Below the pieces are notes generated by a model that saw nothing but the letters and a program-made list of their open reading frames with translations, had not been told where the DNA came from and did not search any database. Positions 39,596 to 53,583 of a stretch of DNA of 64,000 nt are shown in pieces. The stretch comes from Octopus vulgaris (lineage: Eukaryota), in assembly GCA_951406725.2 (NCBI GenBank), contig OX597814.1:152272001-152336000 (forward strand). Reading direction: 5' to 3'. How positions within the stretch are numbered: the first letter of the stretch is position 1; the number at the start of each line of letters is the position of its first letter. Position numbers and translations under genes: made by a program.

Positions 39596-39976
39596 CAATT
39601 ACAAACAAAAAGGTGTCGTCAAAGGACTTCTATTCTCACCAACTGATGTCAAGACCAGAACAATCAAATCAATTACACGTCAATTAAACTTTATATTCAT
39701 TTTCATATCTTCTACGTTATATCAACAACCAACTATAGTTATTTCAAATGCACTTCTCTACAACGACCAAGTTTCATTAGAAAATGAAAATAGTTTCACA
39801 CTTACAATTTGAACCAAAATTACAAAGTGTTGCCTTACGAGAGTGACGATGTGTGAATAATGAAAGTAATGTTTCTCTGAATTAGTCACATTTGTATTAT
39901 AATAAAGAAAGCTGCTTATTATCTATCTACCAAATAAACTATGTTTCTTACTCAACTCTTTTTTACAACTAAAATA

Positions 39977-40297
39977 ACCTGCTTGTAAAATTAACATGCA
40001 AGTGGCTGAGCATTCCACAGACACGTATACCCTTAACGTAGTTCTCAGAGAGATTCAGCGTGACACAGAATGTGACAAGGCTGGCCCATTGAAATACAGG
40101 TACAACAGAAACAGGAAGAAAGAGTGAAAGAAAATTGTGTTGAAAGAGTACAGCAGGGTTCGCCACTAGCCCCTGCCGGAGCCTCGTGGAGCTTTAGGTG
40201 TTTTCGCTCAATAAACACTCACAACGCCCTGTCTGGAAATCGAAACCGCGATCCTACGGCCGCGAATCCGCTGCCCTAACCACTGGGCCATTGCGCC
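39977..40297 (-). mobile_element. tRNA-derived SINE sharing the family C 3' half
   Basis: Minus-strand head ggcgcaatggcccagtggttaggg...ggtttcgattt; tail aagtggctgagcattccacagacacg shared with 54484-54803. Confidence 0.85.
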
Positions 40298-40899
40298 TTG
40301 ACACACACACGCACACACGCACGCACACTTACACACACACACATATATATGAGCGAGTATGTTCTATATGTTAATTTAATTTTAATCTGTAATAGGTAGA
40401 TATGTAGAGCGCTAGTCATGATATGCTTCGTATATACTTCGTATTAACTCTAATTAGTATTACAAAATGCGAAATTGTTTTCTTCAGATTTGAAATGCTT
40501 TCATTAAGGTATCGTTTCATTAAGGTATCGTTTGAAAGCCATTCTTTGTACGTTCCATACATTTTGCAAAGAATTCATTTTATTCAGCGAATACATATTA
40601 TATATATATGTGTATGTGTGTGTCTGTAACAGTATATGCATATGTATATATGAATATGCACAAGTATATATGTATGTATATGTATATTGGCATACGTTCA
40701 TAATTATATGAATTATATGCAATTTCATAATCATTTGTTCATGAAAATTTAAATTCAATTACTAATATTCAATTTTAAATATTGAAGGAACTTAATATAC
40801 TTTTATGTTACATGCGTGTTGGATAAACTTCCATTTCTCAGTGTATCATGCTTTTAACGAAATAATATGTTACTTCTACAATTTCGGTGTAGAACAAAA

Positions 40900-42560
40900 C
40901 GAATAACAAAATGCAGAACGCGATTATACAACGAAGCCAAACACCGTTGTATGAAAGACAACGAATCCAGCATACCCTGAAAACGCATGGCAGACAATAC
41001 AATGACAAGATAATAACAGAATATCAATGGCTAATATACGAGCACGTGAAATTGCAGATGAAACATTACAGCGAAAAAAAAAACAGAAGAGTGCCTCGAA
41101 AAAATGTGAACTTTTCTGCATGCATCTCGGACACATCTTAGAATGGGGGTGCAGTGGCTAATTTAATTAGAACAAGGATGGATATGGAAACTATTTCAAA
41201 ACAAACAGTTGAGGAATTCGAAGAAAAACTGGAATGAAACTTTGATTGAATGATAAATTCTAAATATTTTAAATATGGTGCAAATATATGGCCAAAGGTT
41301 TTCCAGTAGGCCAAAGATAAACCTGAAGTTCAATTAGTATTGTGTTAATACGCAATTGTTTAACACCACATGCTGTATAACTAATCCAAGAATTGAAAGA
41401 ACTTGTAACTTTAACGTAACTTCAGATCTGAGACAAGGGCTTACAACTCGGCTTCAACTTTCTCGTGACCAGGAGGAGCACTAAAGACGACAATTCAAAT
41501 AGAAAAGCTACGTATAGCCATAACTTCCGTCGTCGACTGTTTTATCGATTAGTCACCCCCACCCCCCGCCTGTTTCGTATGCTTAGAAAATCAAGGAACT
41601 TTTCAAATAAACCTTCATGATACATAATATTAACTGGATTGGCGGATGTAAATATTAAGTATAATGAGCAAAAATGGTGTAACAGAATAGCGAGTTTAAA
41701 GTTCTACTGCAGGATAATTAGCGAGGAATACTTTGATTTTGTTCCTAATCAATGATTTTCAATGGTTATTTCAGAAAATAAACAGGTTACCAAATTTAGT
41801 ATCGGAAGAGGCAAGTATCCCACAGTAAAATTTCTGTTAATTATTACAGAAACTAACTTGAGCGCGTACAACCAGAACGATTTATCGGAATCTACCTCAA
41901 GCAATCAAAGTAATTTATCCAAATTACGACCCACTGTAGTTACCATTGCTATTTCCATTTGATGATATCAGATGGACACATTGATAAAATATCGCAGAAA
42001 AAAAACATGAAAATTATACAAATGTATTACGACAAATCTAAGCTTACGGTACGTGAAAATGATTTCAGCTATGTCAATCAAATAAGTTGATTACTGAGAA
42101 TATAATTGATTAGAGTTGTGTTAGATGATAGTGAATGAAAAGGAAAAAAAAACTATAATTGATTCCTATCAAACCATTTATGATCACATGGACTTCATTT
42201 GAATTGACAATCGTAGCAGAATAATCATACTATTGAACATATATATCTAGATCAAGACGCCATGACAATTGTACAAAAGTTAGGAAACCCTGATTGTGTT
42301 ATTAATTTTACGTGAATTTGAATTACAAAACAATTACACATTAGTCGTATCCGGGCTAAACATTAACGGATAGACCCGATTTAGCGAAGACTATATCTGA
42401 CGATATATCAGGCGTCGAAGGTATTGGGGTTTTAAGTAAATTGTGCATATCTTGAACATATATATCCCTTTTGGTGGAAGAGTTATGATTTTGTAGCGAT
42501 TTTAGACAAATATTAGCTATCCTAAAACGTAATAACAGTGAAGACGGTCAACACTTACTT
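40900..42560 (+). pseudogene. Heavily decayed Helitron RepHel
   Basis: Collinear motifs FRSETRAYNSA (41421), QDAMTIVQKLGNPDCVINFT (42253), DRPDL (42369), PFGGRVMIL/DFRQIL Pif1 helicase motif (42467). Confidence 0.7.
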
Positions 42561-43523
42561 TAATAAAAAGGCTCCAACTGATAGCAAACATACGAGTAAA
42601 ATAATACCCAGATCATTCAGAAGAGTAAAAGCAACAAACTGAATTATTAAACGACTTCAGACTTCGCGGTGGAAATGGAAGTGAACCGGGAGAACAATGT
42701 TTTAAGAAAATGACGAACCGTACAAAATTTATTGTGATGTTTACTAAAACCGCTTTATATGCTGAGATGACGATCTCGTTGGTCAGTATTGCTTTTCATC
42801 CTTTCAGGAGTTGATAAAATATTTACCAATCATTTCTTGCAAGTCGAGCGACTACAAATAATTTTTTAATAGCTCTTGCAATTTGTTGCTGTTCAAACGT
42901 ATGCTCAAATGTGCTATATTCACGACCAAATCATTCTTTATTCACGCATAGGACGCATCTTAAACTACAGAGTACGATCTGAGAAACATTGTCTGCTATT
43001 TCTGAGAGGTCAAATGAGGTGAAATGACCTCATACGCACTCTGTCAGCGGTTCGTTTTGTAATTAATTAATATAGTTTGTGAATACATTTATAACATCAA
43101 GCGTGTTAATTAATCAATATTACTTTATACGAGATCATCTAAAACTTTCATCCTTCCGCAGAGAATATAATGTACCAGTCAAGTAATGAGATCGATGTAC
43201 CCTTCCATCAAATGAAAGGCTTTGTACTTACGTTACAAGCATTGCTGAGTGCTTAATGTCTCTTGTGTATTATTTTTTAACTTCAAGACTATCCATTGCA
43301 TCATCATACCAATATAATGTTGCTGTTACATCATTAGGCCTTATTCATTTATTTTCATCTTTATTCTGAACATTTGATACTTCATTTTTTAAGGCCCAGT
43401 CTCAACTTCAACATATCTACTTCCTCGGTAATCAAGTTCATTGGCAACAGTCTTAGCGTTGTAGGTTATCTATAATTCAGAGTTCGTTTGCTCCTGGAGT
43501 AGCTCGCGAGATTATTATTTAGT

Positions 43524-43756
43524 AAGGCGGCGAGCTGGCAGAAACGTTAGCACGCCGGGCGAAATGCTTTGCGGTATTTCTTCTGCTGCTACGTTCTGAG
43601 TTCAAATTCCGCCGAGGTCGACTTTGCCTTTCATCCTTTAGGGGTCGATTAAATAAGTACCAGTTGCGCACTGGGGTCGATATAATTGACTTAATCCGTT
43701 TGTCTGTCCTTTTTTGTCCTCTCTGTGTTTAGTCCCTTGTGGGTAGTAAAGAAATA
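43524..43756 (+). mobile_element. SINE family A, full-length reference copy
   Basis: Head ggcggcgagctggcagaaacgttagc, B-box gagttcaaattcc, central gcctttcatcctttaggggtcgattaaataagtaccag, tail gtagtaaagaaata. Confidence 0.92.
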
Positions 43757-43871
43757 GGTAATCAAGTTCATTAAGTATGCGTATGTTTGTGCATAAATCT
43801 ATAATACACACATATGCATGTATATAGAGAGATAGAGAGAGAGAAGTCAGACAGGCAGACATACAGATAGA

Positions 43872-43985
<114 letters not shown>

Positions 43986-44792
43986 TGGTTGCATACATGT
44001 AAACAATCAAAATTAATCTACTCCCATGTAGTTAACGAACTATTTTATAAATTTCGCTAGACTGTAAAACTGATCGGTACTGCATCTTCTGTAACCTAAA
44101 AATTTCCAAAATATTTCTCCAAGCCCCGTATTTATTTTATAATTTGTAATTTTCTTTCCATGTTGATTCTACTCTCATCTTCTTTTATTCTCTTACATTA
44201 TTTTCATATATCTTTATCATCTTAGCCATTTTACATCAACTTTTCTGGCATATTTAATTTGCTCTTCTATTCCGTCTTTACGGGTAAATGCTGTAAAACA
44301 TAACAGCAAAATAGTAAGTTAATGACTTCACTCGGATTCTGGTTTCATCTGTTTTTCTTCTTATAAAGTATAGGAAATATGGCTGATACCATATCACACC
44401 ATTATAAAACCCCAAGACAAAATACTTACGTTACGGGAAACTATTTCTGTATATAATCCTTATACTACCGTTACTGTATACCGGGAAACAATTACACTCT
44501 CATGTTTGTTGAACTATTTCCTCATCGTGGATGCGACGATACGTTTCGTCATCTTCAAGTGATATTTCCGAGCTTGGGTAGGCATTGATCCGCAACTTTA
44601 TTTTACTAGCTATGTCTAATGCTATGGATACCGACTAATAATGTTGGTTAGCATTAGATTTAATTATGAATTTTCACATTTTGGTACGTCTAGTTTGTTC
44701 CGATAAATTCTTATAGATCTCTAAAATACATTGTAGAAGAATAAACTCCCCGAAAAGTATACATCATTAATCTGTCAAAACAAAACTAATTA

Positions 44793-44798
44793 TATGCG

Positions 44799-44849
<51 letters not shown>

Positions 44850-44892
44850 GCGTGTGTGTGTGTGCGTGTGTGTGTGTGTGTATGTATATATG

Positions 44893-44939
<47 letters not shown>

Positions 44940-44940
44940 A
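44793..44940. repeat. (TA)n/(TG)n microsatellite
   Basis: Direct read. Confidence 0.95.
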
Positions 44941-45171
44941 ATTCTCACAAATGGAAAGTCACATCAAATAACGAATGTATTTTTTTATGATGGTAGGTTC
45001 AATGCTGGATTCGTGCTGTGACCATTCCGTTGTCATATGTTTCACTGACCAGGGACTAAACGCTAACAATGATCACAACTCTAAGTTTGTGCAATGGACT
45101 AACAATAAATTATACTTTTTGTCTATCTTTCTCGCCGTATCTCTTTAGGTTACAAACCTCAATTTAGTTTT

Positions 45172-45263
45172 ATTTTTGTTCTTTGTTATAATCTTGCCTC
45201 ATTTTTGTTCTTTGTTATAATCTTGCCTTATTTTTGTTCTTTGTTATAATCTTGCCTCATTTT
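45172..45263. repeat. 29-bp tandem repeat x3
   Basis: atttttgttctttgttataatcttgcctc. Confidence 0.9.
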
Positions 45264-45526
45264 CTATTTCTACTTTCCAAGTTTCTCAGTTCTCTTTCCT
45301 ACATTTTATTTTGTCTTTTTTTTACCAACTTAACTCATTCATCATTAGTAACAATTTCCTTTTATTCTCTTCTCATTTGCTTCTTAATAGTTTTTCGATT
45401 CCGACCTTCTGAACCGTAATTAAATGCTCTCCAACCCAATTTAACAATCTTCAACTCAGCAGCGCCAAGAATATGTAACCAGTTAAATATTTGATTCATC
45501 ACTGTAGTTTATGTTATCTTACAAAA

Positions 45527-46915
45527 CAAATCATTACCCCATTATAAGACACAAAAGAAAGAAAATAGAATCGTGCATTCGATACATTTCACATAGGAAC
45601 AAAGGAAGCCATGTCTGAATTTATTTAAATATAAAATAAAATATAAATATATACTTTTTCTTTATATTAAATTTCTTTCATTTTTAAGCAAAATAGTTTT
45701 ACAGGCTGTAATTTTCTGAAGAGAAATTATCGATACTTTAAATATAGAATAAATTGTATATTCTATATTTAAGATCTTCGAATAAATTTGCGTTGTCTTA
45801 AATTTTTCATTTTTGTCATTTTCTGTTTCTTTCTTTTTTTTTTTGTCTTTTTCTTCTGTGTTTTGCCAAAGGAATATTACATTCACTGAAAATATAATTT
45901 CGCTGAGAATTTAGAAAAATTACAACGATCAAATGGATATGATATCGATATTTTACTTGAAGAGTTGTGAGATTGTAGTTTGTCAATGACATAGTTATAT
46001 GCTTTGTTAGAGGCTCTGAAATTTCTCTCATTAAATTTGAAATAAATGATACAAAAGAAATCGAATCGATAGGGAATTACAAATATTTTTGTAACTCAAG
46101 GTGCCGGATAGTGACGTTAAGTCTGCCATCCAAAGTAAGGTAATCCGAGATTTGAACTCAAAGTATAAATTTCTGGAACAAATACCTTAAGGCAGCCAAT
46201 CCGACGTTCTTACAGTTCTACTACTTCGCTACCTTCGATTGGTACTTTTTTTTTTATTTACGCCGATAGAATGAAAAGCAAAGTTGACTTCAGCGTGATT
46301 CGAACTCGGGACGTAAAAAAGTTGGAATAAATACCATCAAGTGTTCTGTCGAGTACACCAACGATTCTGACAATTCACTTGCCCGGAAATATACAAATTG
46401 CTTTGACAATACACATTGAATCCTTTCATATGAAAATAAATATGAAAATACACATCAATTCAAACACTCCTTCACAGTTATGCATTCCTAAGTGTAGTCT
46501 GACAAACCACTCACATGTGCGTATACATTCGATCATTACAGTTTGTCAACAGAAAATGAAAAAGTATTCAATACAGGTGTATAATGTCTATTTAAAAAGA
46601 CTTTTTGCATGATACTTCAGTTCCCTGCCACTGTTCTTAGCTGACGATTTTTCTTCGTTTCTTTGTTTTGAAATAAAAATGTTTATACTATAAGCAAATA
46701 TGTAATTTTATACATTGACAGAAATTAGATAATATAAAAATGCCAATGAGAAATGCAAGACAAAGGAAAGTACCAATTAAGCAAATCATTACCCCATTAT
46801 AAGACACAAAAGAAAGAAAATAGAATCGTGCATTCGATACATTTCACATATGAACAAAGGAAGTCATGTCTGAATTTATTTAAATATAAAATAAAATATA
46901 AATATATACTTTTTC
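45527..46915. repeat. 134-bp near-identical direct repeats (45527-45660, 46782-46915)
   Basis: Two mismatches seen by eye. Confidence 0.9.
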
Positions 46916-47598
46916 ATATAGAGGATTAAATGACGTCAGTGATGTAATACAGAAAAATATGATTTGAGTAGTTTGAAGCAAGAGGCTTTATCATGTTCAC
47001 ATTCTCAAGAAACAGCTTGAGCACACCACGAGCTTCCTCAACACTAAAGTCTTGGAAAGTCAGTTTTAAATGTTTCAGAGGACCTTAAGTTCCTTTAAAC
47101 ATAACATTTTGTTCACCCTCTTTTTAATCCTCACAATAACTCGGGGCCCATTTTCCTCCTGCGAAAAACACTGCTATAATGTATCCTGGGTGTGACTGGA
47201 ATTATAACTGAATGCAAAGAAGTTAGGAATGCAAGAGGTTAGGAATTATTTTTTTCTCGGGAGCACGAACCAATTGCAAGTTTGTAAGAATCTGTGAAAA
47301 CGCATCTATTGAGAAAAATAATGGATAATTATTTTTTTTTAAATACACATTAAATTACTATTTTGATCTGGACGCTTAAATGACGTTTTCGTGTTGGTTT
47401 TAGAGACAATTTGAAGTATTTAGAACTTGTCATAGACTATGGCTAAAAGAGCAGAATTATATGAAAGCAAATGTATATTTCTTCCTCCTCTATATGAAAG
47501 AGGAAGGGGAAAATTACCTAATATTTAGATTAGGAGTGGGGAAGGCAGATGCTGATGTGTTCCTTATTCCTGTGCAGTAGGTTTAATTATTTCTGAAA

Positions 47599-48481
47599 AT
47601 CAGAGGAGTTATTTAAAAAGTGAAATTTGTGTAATAAGTACATAAACACAGAATTGCTCAACCCTTCATAGAGGTGAGAGTGTGTAGTGCCTCTTAATAT
47701 ACTTTGATGTGTAATACAGGGCATTTTAAATCAGAACCGAATTTGACACAACTTGTAATGAGAATGAAAGAGATGTGCGTGGCAGTTGTGAACGCAAATC
47801 TCACTGCAAATGACATTTCTGGAGTCGGTAGGAATATCTTAGGCTCAGGCAATACTTTTCCCTTTATATATACGCGCGCGTGTGTGTGTGTCCTAATTAA
47901 TAAAAAAAAATTAGTTTCAAATTTTGGCAGCACGCTATCAATTCCGGAGAAGGAGGTGAGACGATTACATCGACTTCCAATAGTAATCTGGTATTTATTT
48001 TATCGACCTCCGCAGGACCAAAAGCAAAGTCGACCTTCAGGACATAAAAACAGACGAAATGCCGCTAAGCACTTTGCCCAGTGTTGGTAACGATTCTGCC
48101 AGCTCGCCAACTACTATTAATACAAAAATGTTAATCCAATATCATTTAATACGATAGCCGGAAAATCTCTAAAGCAAAGGATAATTGCCTGCGAACTCGA
48201 AGACAAGAGTGAAGACATTTTCGTATGTCACTTTTGCAGATAATGACATCAATACTAAACTTCTTTCAACCCTATCAGAGGAGTTATTTAAAAAGTGAAA
48301 TTTGTATAATAAGTACAGAAACACACCATTGCTCAACCTATCGTAGTGGTGAGGGTGTGTAGTGCCTCTTAATATACCTCGGTGTGTAATACAAGACATT
48401 TTAAATCATAACTGGATTTGACACAACTTGCAATGAGAATGAGAGTTGTACGTGGCAGTTGTGAACTCAAATGTCACTGCA
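47599..48481. repeat. ~208-bp diverged direct repeats (47599-47808, 48274-48481) with a SINE A copy between them
   Basis: atcagaggagttatttaaaaagtgaaatttgt...gtggcagttgtgaac..tcactgca in both. Confidence 0.85.
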
Positions 48482-48857
48482 GTGTTCTAGACAAAACCCA
48501 CGTTACTTTGTATATCTGTTACTCCATTCTCTTATATATACCCTTCCTTTTTCAAGGCAATGTGGCGTAATTTGAAGAAGATTTGGCTGCTATTTCTTGA
48601 AGGTGAAGAAAATTGAGTCCCCCTCAGTCAAATATTGTGTTTGATTAAATCGTGTCTAGAATCTCTGAGCCCCCCGTTTAAAAAAAGAGAAACTTTGGCG
48701 TTGGGCCAAGTCAAAATTTAAAATATTATATAACCGAAACAGCCTTCAACCATCAACAAAAATTGATATTGCAAACACCAAAATATACGACAAAATACTA
48801 TTAAACAAATTTATCGTTTGTTAAGCAACTTTCCTAACAGGGCACTTATATATATTC

Positions 48858-48952
48858 TCTAGATACATTGATATATAAAACCTAGATATATTCAAATATA
48901 AATTCTAGATAGATTCAAATATAAATTCAAATATAAATTCTCTAGATATATT
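48858..48952. repeat. Degenerate ~20-bp tandem repeat (ctagatatattcaaatataaatt)
   Basis: Direct read. Confidence 0.7.
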
Positions 48953-49599
48953 TTATCAATACAAATACAGAAAACTATTTGATATGCACATTATTGAAAT
49001 TCGAGAGGTAGTGACAATAAAAAAAAGGAAAAATGTTATTATATGTCACACTATATACTATCGGCTGTCGGCATGTAAATTTTAGATGAATATTAAAGTA
49101 ATTGACAACAGCAACAGTGCTGAGCATTACAGAGTCATGATAACCTTCTAACTCGTCAAAGTGGAGACATGCGAGCCAGATAAGACGTTGTCTGAATGCA
49201 AAGAGCCTGCTAGAAAAAGCAGCCAAATCTCATTCACAATATATCCTATGATTTTTAAAAAAGATGGATATATTAAATGATATAGTCCCGAATATGTTAA
49301 GTTTGAAAAATAGGCTGGACATAGTTGCAAAGCCTTTGACCACATGCCTACCCAATCAGAGCTGACGAGCTAAATAACAAAAATTCGATATCCATTTAAA
49401 AACCAAACAATTTATTTTCTGCCTGATAATGCCTCTGAGATAGGAAGAAACGACACATATCTTGTTCCATGTACGAACAAAATATGCGATGTCATGTCAG
49501 GGAAAGTAACACATAAAGATAATAATCCCAAGTAACTGGATCAAAACTCATTCAAGTTGCATAGCACTGCATAAAACTATTTTGAGTAATAATAATCGT

Positions 49600-49785
49600 T
49601 TCCAATTTTGGCACATGCCAGAAAATTATATCCATCCCAAGACTCAACTGGTACTTATTTTATCGATCCTGAAAGAATGAAAGGTAAAGTTGACCTCGGC
49701 GGAATTTGAACTCAAGAACGTGAAGACGAACGAAATGCCGTAAAGCATTTTGTCCGGCGTGCTAACGATTCTTCCAGCTCGCCGC
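49600..49785 (-). mobile_element. SINE family A
   Basis: ctggtacttattttatcgatcctgaaagaatgaaaggtaaagttgacctcggcggaatttgaactc. Confidence 0.88.
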
Positions 49786-49796
49786 GTTCATTAATG

Positions 49797-49885
<89 letters not shown>

Positions 49886-49890
49886 AATAA

Positions 49891-50404
49891 GTACCAGGCA
49901 GTGGTCCTCGTGGCTTCTAATCTTAACTGATTGGAAGTGTTATCATGTACATTGTTTTGTCTTGGTATAAAAGATGGGCAACAGCAAATATTCTGCTCAA
50001 TACCACAGATTTGCTTCTCAGTTGTTTGACCTTAACCAGGTGAGCATGTCCTTTGGTGGCTGATGATATTTGCATCTCTGATCACGAGCAGAAGTAGTGG
50101 GAGAGCATCATAGCCATGTGTCGAGAGGAATTCTTTGGAGTCTGAATAATTCACCTCTGGAAACATGGGTGTTTCGTACAGCATCCTTAGCCCTTATTCA
50201 AGGAATATTTGAGCGGGATGGGCCACTCGACCCAAAGAAAATTCTAACTGGACTCCACCTGCAAGGTCATGCGCTGTTTATCTTGATATGAAATCACCAT
50301 GTCGCGCACATATGGTTGTGACGAGTAATCAGTATAATGGGTATACTGGGCTTCGTATATTTTACCTCAGTGTCACTTTGATGGCATGCACTGCTCTCTC
50401 ACTC
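49891..50404 (+). mobile_element. ~515-bp non-coding insert bounded by (TAA)n on both sides (probable 3' UTR of a Dong-like LINE or a dependent SINE)
   Basis: (TAA)n 49792-49890 and 50405-50466; higher GC than flanks; no RT/RLE motifs; strand inferred from neighbours. Confidence 0.55.
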
Positions 50405-50410
50405 AATAAC

Positions 50411-50464
<54 letters not shown>

Positions 50465-50467
<3 letters not shown>

Positions 50468-51099
50468 CATATTATCTCTAGCTGCCCAGTCCTGGCTAAG
50501 AAGGAATATATTCACAGACATGACAGAGTTGGAACCTACATACATTGGAAGCTATGCCAACATTATGGAATAACAACAGAAAAAAGATGATATAGGCAAC
50601 ACACCAGAAAAGGTCACAGAAAACGAGAAAGCAACCATACTCTGGGATATGCCGATACACACAGATAGAGAAATTAAGGCCAACAGACCAGATATAGTTG
50701 TCAGAGATCATGAAGAAGAAAAAAATTGCTTTCTAATTGATGTATCAATACCGGCAGATGACAACGTGTCTCTAAAAGAAATGGAGAAACTCTCAAAATA
50801 CAAAGACCTGGAAATAGAGGTAACTAGAATGTGGAACCTGAAAACAGAAACAATTCCTATCATAGTAGGTGCATTAGGCATGATAAAAAAATATTCAGAC
50901 AAATACATAACAAAAACACCAGGACTTACAAACACATATAACATACAGAAAATTGCACTACTAGGCACTGCACACATCCTACGCAGAACACTTTCCATAC
51001 AATAACCATCAGAGCATCACAACAAATCACAGCACATACCCAAGGCACACAGAGCTGCGCTCGGTAGTGAAGTGAAAGCACGCTATAAAAATAAAACTA

Positions 51100-51102
<3 letters not shown>
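50465..51102 (+). mobile_element. R4/Dong-like family 2, second copy (RLE domain and 3' UTR), 5'-truncated
   Basis: Nearly identical to 15441-16073; (TAA)n on both sides, including 51103-51197. Confidence 0.95.
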
Positions 51103-51188
<86 letters not shown>

Positions 51189-51444
51189 TAATAATAAATT
51201 TATACATACGTGTGTGTGTGTGTGTAGTAAACTAGATGAAATTAGACAAACCAATTGTTTACCACAGGAAGTACTCAGTGATTGGTGACGATGTGAAGCT
51301 CGGGTTTCGAACAAACAGAAAATCTGTAAGGTTTACTTGGATCGTAGATAGTAAAATAAGTGGGAAATGGAGTTTATGGTATAACTTTATACCACAAACT
51401 CCCCTCTTTACTTATTACACACACATACACACACATATTTGATT

Positions 51445-51584
<140 letters not shown>

Positions 51585-51693
51585 GTTTCTTTATTGGCCA
51601 CACAGGGCTGCACACAGATGGGACAAGTTACAAGGTAGAGCTTTTCTTTTGGGGGATGAAAAAGACAAAAAACAAAAGAAACAAAAAAAAATA
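51585..51693 (-). mobile_element. Short retroelement 3' end within (GATA)n
   Basis: Minus strand ...gcagccctgtgtggccAATAAAgaaac followed by (TATC)n; (GATA)n on both sides. Confidence 0.5.
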
Positions 51694-52829
51694 ATAGATA
51701 GATAGATAGATAGATAGATAGGCAGGTAGACATGCATACATACATACGTATATGCATATGTGCAAAAATGCACTTATATATAGTTTGGTATTGCAAACGC
51801 TAAAACGTTTAAGGAAAAATCTTATTAAACAAACAAACTTTCCATTTGTTAAGCGAATTCAATAATGAGACACTCAAGTATAAATTCTCTAGATATATAT
51901 TTTATCAAAACCAAACACAAAATAATATTAGACATGCAAGTTATTGAAATTCTAAGCGGTGTATATAGTTTAAGGTAAAAGATTAATATTTGTTCATATT
52001 TAATCATTCCCATACTGCATCGCTATGGCTTTCTAAATCACTGTCCATTTATATTCCCACTACTTCAGGCAAACTTGTAGTAATTTTCGATATATCTAAG
52101 TAGATAGGCGTGTGTTTGTGGTGTGTTTTGTATTTGGTTTGCAACACACACACACACACACACACTCACACACACACACACACACATATATATTTATCGT
52201 TTGTTAAGCAACTTTCCTAACAGGACATCTATATATATTCTCATATATATATATATATATATATTTACATATATACATAAGTACAGAGAAAATTATGGTA
52301 TTACGATCCTTATAATACAAAGTTGAAAGTTCTAAGATTGCAAGAACTTGTTTTGTGGGCCACATCGACTTCAAGCTTAAGTAATTGACATTAGCTGGGA
52401 ATATTATTATTTAAGTATATCCTACTTTCCAAAGTGGATAGGCTGAAATTTATCCTTATTTAGCAACATGTTTTTGTTTTTTTTTGGGGTTTTTTTTTGT
52501 TTCTGTTTATTTTTCCACCCATTGAATCTCAGCTCTTAGACCAAATTAGCGTTCTGTCCAATCGCTTTCTCTTACGAGGACATTCTGGAGCTTCGAGCCT
52601 TCTGCAGAGATTTTTTTTACTATGTTTGGTGGCATTTGCGATGACATTTGTAAAATAATTAGTAGAAAGGGACCCAGCAGAGCCCCTTCATCACTAATGG
52701 CTTTTGCTAATCTTTAGTAAACTCCGTTGATCACAACTTGTTGGGTTCTGACTGCTGGAAAACATTTGATCCATTGCAATAGTGGTCCATTAGGAGCGGC
52801 GTTGAATAGCTTTTTCTGCAGAATGCTGG

Positions 52830-52865
<36 letters not shown>

Positions 52866-53533
52866 ATCTCCATCTATCTCTCTCCCTCCCTCTCTCCGAA
52901 TCATTAAAATTATTATTAAATTGGTGCAGAATTGTTCTGAGGTGTTCTTAGCGGGGTTCAGTCTGCTGCAAACATTCAAGCCAAGTCTTTGATTTCAGCT
53001 TAGGAAGTTCCTTCGAACCCCCATCAATGTAGGAAGTTCTTAGAAAAATAGAAGGTCATAGGTGATGCCTCTCCCTCATTGACCAAGAAGTAAAAAATAG
53101 TAATATAAGATATAAGTAGCAATTTGAAACAAAAATGAGAAACAGGCCCACTTTTCTGTCTTTAATTGGTGTCTATGGTGTTTAGTAAAGTTGAACGTTA
53201 GAAATCTAAGCAGTTAATTCGCGAATAGTATTTAATCTCACATGACCTATTCCTAAATACAAAGAAGCTATTTTTCTCTTACAAAAGATGTATTGATATT
53301 CCGAGGTTTCTAAGATTAGCTTCAACTAAATATGTTTCCGCTGCAATTATCATTCATGACATTTTCTCTTGATATTTTCATATCAACTAACTGACATTTT
53401 ATTAAAAACAATAAATATATGAAACCATTTCGATATTTCCATATTTTCAAAAGTCTATCCGATTCTTTGAAGCTGAACCATTATTGTTAGAGCGTTTCTC
53501 CCCTTCTCCCTCTTTCTCTCTTTCACTCTCATC

Positions 53534-53583
<50 letters not shown>

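Noticed and set aside
44530-44565. Minus-strand TTGAAGA-tgac-GAAACGTA minimal hammerhead-like motif
   Set aside because: Core C3 is changed and no stem I pairing was found
45172-45263. 29-bp repeats of CRISPR-like length
   Set aside because: No spacers, no cas genes, eukaryotic context; a plain minisatellite
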